Of a DNA stretch of 64,000 nt, positions 30,001 through 42,226 are shown piece after piece (the first letter of the stretch is position 1; each line of letters opens with the position of its first letter). The notes under the pieces are model-generated. The model did not search any database. It was not told where the DNA came from and saw only the letters and a list, made by a program, of their open reading frames with translations. The DNA comes from Eledone cirrhosa (Eukaryota), in the NCBI GenBank assembly GCA_964016885.1, contig OZ024741.1, positions 410,688,001 to 410,752,000 of the forward strand, given 5' to 3'. A program made the translations under genes and the position numbers.

Positions 30001-33000
30001 ATATCTGTGACAGTAGAGTGTATATACTATATCTGTGACAGTAGAGTGTATATACTATATCTGTGACAGTAGAGTGTATATACTATATATCTGTGACAGT
30101 AGAGTGTATATACTATATCTGTGACAGTAGAGTGTATATACTATATCTGTGATAGTAGAGTGTATATACTATATATCTGTGACAGTAGAGTGTATATACT
30201 ATATATCTGTGACAGTAGAGTGTATATACTATATCTGTGACAGTAGAGTGTATATACTATATCTGTGACAGTAGAGTGTATATACGATATCTGTGACAGT
30301 AGAGTGTATATACTATATATCTGTGACAGTAGAGTGTATATACTATATCTGTGACAGTAGAGTGTATATACTATATATCTGAGACAGTAGAGTGTATATA
30401 CTATATATCTGAGACAGTAGAGTGTATATACTATATCTGTGACAGTAGAGTGTATATACTATATCTGTGACAGTAGAGTGTATATACTATATCTGTGAGA
30501 CAGTAGAGTCTATATACTATATCTGTGACAGTAGAGTGTATATACTATATCTGTGACAGTAGAGTGTATATACTATATATCTGTGACAGTAGAGTGTATA
30601 TACTATATATCTGTGACAGTAGAGTGTATATACTATATATCTGAGACAGTAGAGTGTATATACTATATATCTGAGACAGTAGAGTGTATATACTATATCT
30701 GTGACAGTAGAGTGTATATACTATATATCTGAGACAGTAGAGTGTATATACTATATCTGTGAGAGTAGAGTGTATATACTATATCTGTGACAGTAGAGTG
30801 TATATACTATATATCTGTGACAGTAGAGTGTATATACTATATATCTGAGACAGTAGAGTGTATATACTATATATCTGTGACAGTAGAGTGTATATACTAT
30901 ATATCTGAGACAGTAGAGTGTATATACTATATCTGTGACAGTAGAGTGTATATACTATATATCTGTGACAGTAGAGTGTATATACTATATCTGTGACAGT
31001 AGAGTGTATATACTATATATCTGTGACAGTAGAGTGTATATACTATATCTGTGACAGTAGAGTGTATATACTATATCTGTGACAGTAGAGTGTATAGACT
31101 ATATCTGAGACGGTAGAGTGTATATACTATATCTGTGTGACAGTAGGGTGTATATACTATATCTGTGACAGTAGAGTGTATATACTATATCTGAGACAGT
31201 AGAGTGTATATACTATATCTGTGACAGTAGAGTGTATATACTATATCTGTGACAGTAGAGTGTATATACTATATCTGTGACAGTAGAGTGTATATACTAT
31301 ATCTGTGACAGTAGAGTGTATATACTATATCTGTGACAGTAGAGTGTATATACTATATATCTGTGACAGTAGAGTGTATATACTATATCTGTGACAGTAG
31401 AGTGTATATACTATATCTGTGACAGTAGAGTGTATATACTATATATCTGTGACAGTAGAGTGTATATACTATATCTGTGACAGTAGAGTGTATATACTAT
31501 ATCTGTGACAGTAGAGTGTATATACTATATCTGTGAGACAGTAGAGTGTATATACTATATCTGTGACAGTAGAGTGTATATACTATATATCTGAGACAGT
31601 AGAGTGTATATGCTATATCTGTGACAGTAGAGTGTATATACTATATCTGTGAGACAGTAGAGTGTATATACTATATCTGTGACAGTAGAGTATATATACT
31701 ATATCTGTGAAGGTAGAGTGTATATACTATATATCTGTGACAGTAGAGTGTATATACTATATCTGTGACAGTAGAGTGTATATACTATATATCTGTGACA
31801 GTAGAGTGTATATACTATATATCTTAGACAGTAGAGTGTATATACTATATCTGTGACAGTAGAGTGTATATACTATATCTGTGAGACAGTAGAGTGTATA
31901 TACTATATCTGTGACAGTAGAGTGTATATACTATATCTGTGACAGTAGAGTGTATATACTATATATCTGTGACAGTAGAGTGTATACACTATATATCTGT
32001 GACAGTAGAGTGTATATACTATATCTGTGACAGTAGAGTGTATATACTATATCTGTGACAGTAGAGTGTATATACTATATCTGTGACAGTAGAGTGTATA
32101 TACTATATATCTGTGACAGTAGAGTGTATATACTATATCTGTGACAGTAGAGTGTATATACTATATCTGTGATAGTAGAGTGTATATACTATATATCTGT
32201 GACAGTAGAGTGTATATACTATATATCTGTGACAGTAGAGTGTATATACTATATCTGTGACAGTAGAGTGTATATACTATATCTGTGACAGTAGAGTGTA
32301 TATACTATATCTGTGACAGTAGAGTGTATATACTATATATCTGAGACATTAGAGTGTATATGCTATATCTGTGACAGTAGAGTGTATATACTATATCTGT
32401 GAGACGGTAGAGTGTATATACTATATCTGTGACAGTAGAGTATATATACTATATCTGTGACAGTAGAGTGTATATACTATATATCTGAGACAGTAGAGTG
32501 TATATACTATATATCTGTGACAGTAGAGTGTATATACTATATCTGTGACAGTAGAGTGTATATACTATATCTGTGACAGTAGAGTGTATATACTATATAT
32601 CTGAGACAGTAGAGTGTATATACTATATCTGTGACAGTAGAGTGTATATACTATATCTGTGACAGTAGAGTGTATATATTATATCTGTGACAGTAGAGTG
32701 TATATACTATATATCTGAGACAGTAGAGTGTATATACTATATCTGTGACAGTAGAGTGTATATACTATATCTGTGACAGTAGAGTGTATATACTATATCT
32801 GTGACAGTAGAGTGTATATACTATATATCTGAGACAGTAGAGTGTATATACTATATCTGTGACAGTTGAGTGTATATACTATATCTGTGACAGTAGAGTG
32901 TATATACTATATCTGTGACAGTAGAGTGTATATACTATATATCTGAGACAGTAGAGTGTATATACTATATATCTGAGACAGTAGAGTGTATATACTATAT

Positions 33001-36000
33001 CTGTGACAGTAGAGTGTATATACTATATCTGTGACAGTAGAGTGTATATACTATATCTGTGAGACAGTAGAGTCTATATACTATATCTGTGACAGTAGAG
33101 TGTATATACTATATCTGTGACAGTAGAGTGTATATACTATATATCTGTGACAGTAGAGTGTATATACTATATATCTGTGACAGTAGAGTGTATATACTAT
33201 ATATCTGAGACAGTAGAGTGTATATACTATATATCTGAGACAGTAGAGTGTATATACTATATCTGTGACAGTAGAGTGTATATACTATATATCTGAGACA
33301 GTAGAGTGTATATACTATATCTGTGACAGTAGAGTGTATATACTATATCTGTGACAGTAGAGTGTATATACTATATCTGTGACAGTAGAGTGTATATACT
33401 ATATCTGTGACAGTAGAGTGTATATACTATATATCTGAGACAGTAGAGTGTATATACTATATCTGTGAGAGTAGAGTGTATATACTATATCTGTGACAGT
33501 AGAGTGTATAGACTATATCTGAGACGGTAGAGTGTATATACTATATCTGTGTGACAGTAGGGTGTATATACTATATCTGTGACAGTAGAGTGTATATACT
33601 ATATCTGAGACAGTAGAGTGTATATACTATATCTGTGACAGTAGAGTGTATATACTATATCTGTGACAGTAGAGTGTATATACTATATCTGTGACAGTAG
33701 AGTGTATATACTATATCTGTGACAGTAGAGTGTATATACTATATCTGTGACAGTAGAGTGTATATACTATATCTGTGACAGTAGAGTGTATATACTATAT
33801 ATCTGTGACAGTAGAGTGTATATACTATATCTGTGACAGTAGAGTGTATATACTATATCTGTGACAGTAGAGTGTATATACTATATATCTGTGACAGTAG
33901 AGTGTATATACTATATCTGTGACAGTAGAGTGTATATACTATATCTGTGACAGTAGAGTGTATATACTATATCTGTGAGACAGTAGAGTGTATATACTAT
34001 ATCTGTGACAGTAGAGTGTATATACTATATATCTGAGACAGTAGAGTGTATATGCTATATCTGTGACAGTAGAGTGTATATACTATATCTGTGAGACAGT
34101 AGAGTGTATATACTATATCTGTGACAGTAGAGTATATATACTATATCTGTGAAGGTAGAGTGTATATACTATATATCTGTGACAGTAGAGTGTATATACT
34201 ATATCTGTGACAGTAGAGTGTATATACTATATATCTGTGACAGTAGAGTGTATATACTATATATCTGTGACAGTAGAGTGTATATACTATATCTGTGACA
34301 GTAGAGTGTATATACTATATCTGTGAGACAGTAGAGTGTATATACTATATCTGTGACAGTAGAGTGTATATACTATATCTGTGACAGTAGAGTGTATATA
34401 CTATATATCTGTGACAGTAGAGTGTATACACTATATATCTGTGACAGTAGAGTGTATATACTATATCTGTGACAGTAGAGTGTATATACTATATCTGTGA
34501 CAGTAGAGTGTATATACTATATCTGTGACAGTAGAGTGTATATACTATATATCTGTGACAGTAGAGTGTATATACTATATCTGTGACAGTAGAGTGTATA
34601 TACTATATCTGTGATAGTAGAGTGTATATACTATATATCTGTGACAGTAGAGTGTATATACTATATATCTGTGACAGTAGAGTGTATATACTATATCTGT
34701 GACAGTAGAGTGTATATACTATATCTGTGACAGTAGAGTGTATATACGATATCTGTGACAGTAGAGTGTATATACTATATATCTGTGACAGTAGAGTGTA
34801 TATACTATATCTGTGACAGTAGAGTGTATATACTATATATCTGAGACAGTAGAGTGTATATACTATATATCTGAGACAGTAGAGTGTATATACTATATCT
34901 GTGACAGTAGAGTGTATATACTATATCTGTGACAGTAGAGTGTATATACTATATCTGTGAGACAGTAGAGTCTATATACTATATCTGTGACAGTAGAGTG
35001 TATATACTATATCTGTGACAGTAGAGTGTATATACTATATATCTGTGACAGTAGAGTGTATATACTATATATCTGTGACAGTAGAGTGTATATACTATAT
35101 ATCTGAGACAGTAGAGTGTATATACTATATATCTGAGACAGTAGAGTGTATATACTATATCTGTGACAGTAGAGTGTATATACTATATATCTGAGACAGT
35201 AGAGTGTATATACTATATCTGTGACAGTAGAGTGTATATACTATATCTGTGACAGTAGAGTGTATATACTATATCTGTGACAGTAGAGTGTATATACTAT
35301 ATCTGTGACAGTAGAGTGTATATACTATATATCTGAGACAGTAGAGTGTATATACTATATCTGTGAGAGTAGAGTGTATATACTATATCTGTGACAGTAG
35401 AGTGTATATACTATATATCTGTGACAGTAGAGTGTATATACTATATATCTGAGACAGTAGAGTGTATATACTATATATCTGTGACAGTAGAGTGTATATA
35501 CTATATATCTGAGACAGTAGAGTGTATATACTATATCTGTGACAGTAGAGTGTATATACTATATCTGTGACAGTAGAGTGTATATACTATATCTGTGACA
35601 GTAGAGTGTATATACTATATCTGTGACAGTAGAGTGTATATACTATATATCTGAGACATTAGAGTGTATATGCTATATCTGTGACAGTAGAGTGTATATA
35701 CTATATCTGTGAGACGGTAGAGTGTATATACTATATCTGTGACAGTAGAGTATATATACTATATCTGTGACAGTAGAGTGTATATACTATATATCTGAGA
35801 CAGTAGAGTGTATATACTATATATCTGTGACAGTAGAGTGTATATACTATATCTGTGACAGTAGAGTGTATATACTATATCTGTGACAGTAGAGTGTATA
35901 TACTATATATCTGAGACAGTAGAGTGTATATACTATATCTGTGACAGTAGAGTGTATATACTATATATCTGAGACAGTAGAGTGTATATGCTATATCTGT

Positions 36001-39000
36001 GACAGTAGAGTGTATATACTATATCTGTGAGACAGTAGAGTGTATATACTATATCTGTGACAGTAGAGTATATATACTATATCTGTGAAGGTAGAGTGTA
36101 TATACTATATATCTGTGACAGTAGAGTGTATATACTATATCTGTGACAGTAGAGTGTATATACTATATATCTGTGACAGTAGAGTGTATATACTATATAT
36201 CTTAGACAGTAGAGTGTATATACTATATCTGTGACAGTAGAGTGTATATACTATATCTGTGAGACAGTAGAGTGTATATACTATATCTGTGACAGTAGAG
36301 TGTATATACTATATCTGTGACAGTAGAGTGTATATACTATATATCTGTGACAGTAGAGTGTATACACTATATATCTGTGACAGTAGAGTGTATATACTAT
36401 ATCTGTGACAGTAGAGTGTATATACTATATCTGTGACAGTAGAGTGTATATACTATATCTGTGACAGTAGAGTGTATATACTATATATCTGTGACAGTAG
36501 AGTGTATATACTATATCTGTGACAGTAGAGTGTATATACTATATCTGTGATAGTAGAGTGTATATACTATATATCTGTGACAGTAGAGTGTATATACTAT
36601 ATATCTGTGACAGTAGAGTGTATATACTATATCTGTGACAGTAGAGTGTATATACTATATCTGTGACAGTAGAGTGTATATACTATATCTGTGACAGTAG
36701 AGTGTATATACTATATATCTGAGACATTAGAGTGTATATGCTATATCTGTGACAGTAGAGTGTATATACTATATCTGTGAGACGGTAGAGTGTATATACT
36801 ATATCTGTGACAGTAGAGTATATATACTATATCTGTGACAGTAGAGTGTATATACTATATATCTGAGACAGTAGAGTGTATATACTATATATCTGTGACA
36901 GTAGAGTGTATATACTATATCTGTGACAGTAGAGTGTATATACTATATCTGTGACAGTAGAGTGTATATACTATATATCTGAGACAGTAGAGTGTATATA
37001 CTATATCTGTGACAGTAGAGTGTATATACTATATCTGTGACAGTAGAGTGTATATATTATATCTGTGACAGTAGAGTGTATATACTATATATCTGAGACA
37101 GTAGAGTGTATATACTATATCTGTGACAGTAGAGTGTATATACTATATCTGTGACAGTAGAGTGTATATACTATATCTGTGACAGTAGAGTGTATATACT
37201 ATATATCTGAGACAGTAGAGTGTATATACTATATCTGTGACAGTTGAGTGTATATACTATATCTGTGACAGTAGAGTGTATATACTATATCTGTGACAGT
37301 AGAGTGTATATACTATATATCTGAGACAGTAGAGTGTATATACTATATATCTGAGACAGTAGAGTGTATATACTATATCTGTGACAGTAGAGTGTATATA
37401 CTATATCTGTGACAGTAGAGTGTATATACTATATCTGTGAGACAGTAGAGTCTATATACTATATCTGTGACAGTAGAGTGTATATACTATATCTGTGACA
37501 GTAGAGTGTATATACTATATATCTGTGACAGTAGAGTGTATATACTATATATCTGTGACAGTAGAGTGTATATACTATATATCTGAGACAGTAGAGTGTA
37601 TATACTATATATCTGAGACAGTAGAGTGTATATACTATATCTGTGACAGTAGAGTGTATATACTATATATCTGAGACAGTAGAGTGTATATACTATATCT
37701 GTGACAGTAGAGTGTATATACTATATCTGTGACAGTAGAGTGTATATACTATATCTGTGACAGTAGAGTGTATATACTATATCTGTGACAGTAGAGTGTA
37801 TATACTATATATCTGAGACAGTAGAGTGTATATACTATATCTGTGAGAGTAGAGTGTATATACTATATCTGTGACAGTAGAGTGTATAGACTATATCTGA
37901 GACGGTAGAGTGTATATACTATATCTGTGTGACAGTAGGGTGTATATACTATATCTGTGACAGTAGAGTGTATATACTATATCTGAGACAGTAGAGTGTA
38001 TATACTATATCTGTGACAGTAGAGTGTATATACTATATCTGTGACAGTAGAGTGTATATACTATATCTGTGACAGTAGAGTGTATATACTATATCTGTGA
38101 CAGTAGAGTGTATATACTATATCTGTGACAGTAGAGTGTATATACTATATCTGTGACAGTAGAGTGTATATACTATATATCTGTGACAGTAGAGTGTATA
38201 TACTATATCTGTGACAGTAGAGTGTATATACTATATCTGTGACAGTAGAGTGTATATACTATATATCTGTGACAGTAGAGTGTATATACTATATCTGTGA
38301 CAGTAGAGTGTATATACTATATCTGTGACAGTAGAGTGTATATACTATATCTGTGAGACAGTAGAGTGTATATACTATATCTGTGACAGTAGAGTGTATA
38401 TACTATATATCTGAGACAGTAGAGTGTATATGCTATATCTGTGACAGTAGAGTGTATATACTATATCTGTGAGACAGTAGAGTGTATATACTATATCTGT
38501 GACAGTAGAGTATATATACTATATCTGTGAAGGTAGAGTGTATATACTATATATCTGTGACAGTAGAGTGTATATACTATATCTGTGACAGTAGAGTGTA
38601 TATACTATATATCTGTGACAGTAGAGTGTATATACTATATATCTGTGACAGTAGAGTGTATATACTATATCTGTGACAGTAGAGTGTATATACTATATCT
38701 GTGAGACAGTAGAGTGTATATACTATATCTGTGACAGTAGAGTGTATATACTATATCTGTGACAGTAGAGTGTATATACTATATATCTGTGACAGTAGAG
38801 TGTATACACTATATATCTGTGACAGTAGAGTGTATATACTATATCTGTGACAGTAGAGTGTATATACTATATCTGTGACAGTAGAGTGTATATACTATAT
38901 CTGTGACAGTAGAGTGTATATACTATATATCTGTGACAGTAGAGTGTATATACTATATCTGTGACAGTAGAGTGTATATACTATATCTGTGATAGTAGAG

Positions 39001-41820
39001 TGTATATACTATATATCTGTGACAGTAGAGTGTATATACTATATATCTGTGACAGTAGAGTGTATATACTATATCTGTGACAGTAGAGTGTATATACTAT
39101 ATCTGTGACAGTAGAGTGTATATACGATATCTGTGACAGTAGAGTGTATATACTATATATCTGTGACAGTAGAGTGTATATACTATATCTGTGACAGTAG
39201 AGTGTATATACTATATATCTGAGACAGTAGAGTGTATATACTATATATCTGAGACAGTAGAGTGTATATACTATATCTGTGACAGTAGAGTGTATATACT
39301 ATATCTGTGACAGTAGAGTGTATATACTATATCTGTGAGACAGTAGAGTCTATATACTATATCTGTGACAGTAGAGTGTATATACTATATCTGTGACAGT
39401 AGAGTGTATATACTATATATCTGTGACAGTAGAGTGTATATACTATATATCTGTGACAGTAGAGTGTATATACTATATATCTGAGACAGTAGAGTGTATA
39501 TACTATATATCTGAGACAGTAGAGTGTATATACTATATCTGTGACAGTAGAGTGTATATACTATATATCTGAGACAGTAGAGTGTATATACTATATCTGT
39601 GACAGTAGAGTGTATATACTATATCTGTGACAGTAGAGTGTATATACTATATCTGTGACAGTAGAGTGTATATACTATATCTGTGACAGTAGAGTGTATA
39701 TACTATATATCTGAGACAGTAGAGTGTATATACTATATCTGTGAGAGTAGAGTGTATATACTATATCTGTGACAGTAGAGTGTATATACTATATATCTGT
39801 GACAGTAGAGTGTATATACTATATATCTGAGACAGTAGAGTGTATATACTATATATCTGTGACAGTAGAGTGTATATACTATATATCTGAGACAGTAGAG
39901 TGTATATACTATATCTGTGACAGTAGAGTGTATATACTATATATCTGTGACAGTAGAGTGTATATACTATATCTGTGACAGTAGAGTGTATATACTATAT
40001 ATCTGTGACAGTAGAGTGTATATACTATATCTGTGACAGTAGAGTGTATATACTATATCTGTGACAGTAGAGTGTATAGACTATATCTGAGACGGTAGAG
40101 TGTATATACTATATCTGTGTGACAGTAGGGTGTATATACTATATCTGTGACAGTAGAGTGTATATACTATATCTGAGACAGTAGAGTGTATATACTATAT
40201 CTGTGACAGTAGAGTGTATATACTATATCTGTGACAGTAGAGTGTATATACTATATCTGTGACAGTAGAGTGTATATACTATATCTGTGACAGTAGAGTG
40301 TATATACTATATCTGTGACAGTAGAGTGTATATACTATATCTGTGACAGTAGAGTGTATATACTATATATCTGTGACAGTAGAGTGTATATACTATATCT
40401 GTGACAGTAGAGTGTATATACTATATCTGTGACAGTAGAGTGTATATACTATATATCTGTGACAGTAGAGTGTATATACTATATCTGTGACAGTAGAGTG
40501 TATATACTATATCTGTGACAGTAGAGTGTATATACTATATCTGTGAGACAGTAGAGTGTATATACTATATCTGTGACAGTAGAGTGTATATACTATATAT
40601 CTGAGACAGTAGAGTGTATATGCTATATCTGTGACAGTAGAGTGTATATACTATATCTGTGAGACAGTAGAGTGTATATACTATATCTGTGACAGTAGAG
40701 TATATATACTATATCTGTGAAGGTAGAGTGTATATACTATATATCTGTGACAGTAGAGTGTATATACTATATCTGTGACAGTAGAGTGTATATACTATAT
40801 ATCTGTGACAGTAGAGTGTATATACTATATATCTTAGACAGTAGAGTGTATATACTATATCTGTGACAGTAGAGTGTATATACTATATCTGTGAGACAGT
40901 AGAGTGTATATACTATATCTGTGACAGTAGAGTGTATATACTATATCTGTGACAGTAGAGTGTATATACTATATATCTGTGACAGTAGAGTGTATACACT
41001 ATATATCTGTGACAGTAGAGTGTATATACTATATCTGTGACAGTAGAGTGTATATACTATATCTGTGACAGTAGAGTGTATATACTATATCTGTGACAGT
41101 AGAGTGTATATACTATATATCTGTGACAGTAGAGTGTATATACTATATCTGTGACAGTAGAGTGTATATACTATATCTGTGATAGTAGAGTGTATATACT
41201 ATATATCTGTGACAGTAGAGTGTATATACTATATATCTGTGACAGTAGAGTGTATATACTATATCTGTGACAGTAGAGTGTATATACTATATCTGTGACA
41301 GTAGAGTGTATATACGATATCTGTGACAGTAGAGTGTATATACTATATATCTGTGACAGTAGAGTGTATATACTATATCTGTGACAGTAGAGTGTATATA
41401 CTATATCTGTGATAGTAGAGTGTATATACTATATATCTGTGACAGTAGAGTGTATATACTATATATCTGTGACAGTAGAGTGTATATACTATATCTGTGA
41501 CAGTAGAGTGTATATACTATATCTGTGACAGTAGAGTGTATATACGATATCTGTGACAGTAGAGTGTATATACTATATATCTGTGACAGTAGAGTGTATA
41601 TACTATATCTGTGACAGTAGAGTGTATATACTATATATCTGTGACAGTAGAGTGTATATACTATATATCTGTGACAGTAGAGTGTATATACTATATATCT
41701 GTGACAGTAGAGTGTATATACTATATATCTGTGAGTCAGTAGAGTGTATATACTATATATCTGTGACAGTAGAGTGTATATACTATATATCTGTGACAGT
41801 AGAGTGTATATACTATATAT
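1..41820. repeat. Satellite A: tandem array of a 28-bp monomer CTGTGACAGTAGAGTGTATATACTATAT with 30-bp variants (+AT, +GA, +GT); runs off the left edge of the window
   Basis: Uninterrupted head-to-tail monomers from base 1 to 41820 with no unique spacers. Common variants are CTGAGACAG and TATATAT. The array ends abruptly at ...ACTATATAT|ACAAGG. Confidence 0.99.
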
Positions 41821-41846
41821 ACAAGGTGAAGGTGTTATTTTTAGAC

Positions 41847-41896
41847 TCATCATCATCGTTTAACGTCCGTGTTCCATGCTTGCATGGGTTTGGACG
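41847..41896 (-). other. RTE 3'-terminal stem-loop and (GAT)n microsatellite tail
   Basis: The minus strand reads CGTCC-AAAC-CCATGC-AA-GCATGG-AACAC-GGACG-TTAAAC-GATGATGATGA, i.e. nested inverted repeats followed by a trinucleotide tail, typical of LINE 3' ends. Confidence 0.8.
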
Positions 41897-42226
41897 GGAG
41901 TTTTCCCACTTGAGGCAAGAGTGGTTGTCTTGCTCGCATAGGACTGTCTGGCGGGTTTTCTACAGTTGGATGCCCTTCCTAACACCAACCACATTTACAG
42001 TGTGGGGCTGGGAGGTTTTTACCGTGTTGCCTACACGGCCACATTACAGCATGGACTGTGTTTTTTTTGTCGTGACACCTACACAATCTCATTTGTTTCG
42101 GCCTGGATTTTGTGGCTCCAACATAACTTTACATTGAAAGGGGCGGTGTGGATGGGGTGGGGGTGGTGGGATGGGGGTGTATTTTGTTAGAGATGCCTAC
42201 TGACTGTAGTAGGTTTTACTTTGTAT

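Noticed and set aside
1-41820. CRISPR array interpretation of the 28-37-bp repeats (also 47343-64000 and 45514-45993)
   Set aside because: The repeats are head-to-tail with no unique spacers, there are no cas genes, and the context is eukaryotic (spliceosomal exon, LINE).
41821-41850. Minus-strand KITPSPC resembling the HDHD2 C-terminal KINPPP
   Set aside because: It is only 7 residues, needs a frameshift to join DES, has no acceptor, and the real exon is LHPP-like rather than HDHD2-like.
1353-42137. Short ORFs of the MTVECIYYIS type, including 41401..41856 and 41553..42137
   Set aside because: They are chance stop-free runs through satellite monomers, mostly with non-ATG starts and no protein-like content.
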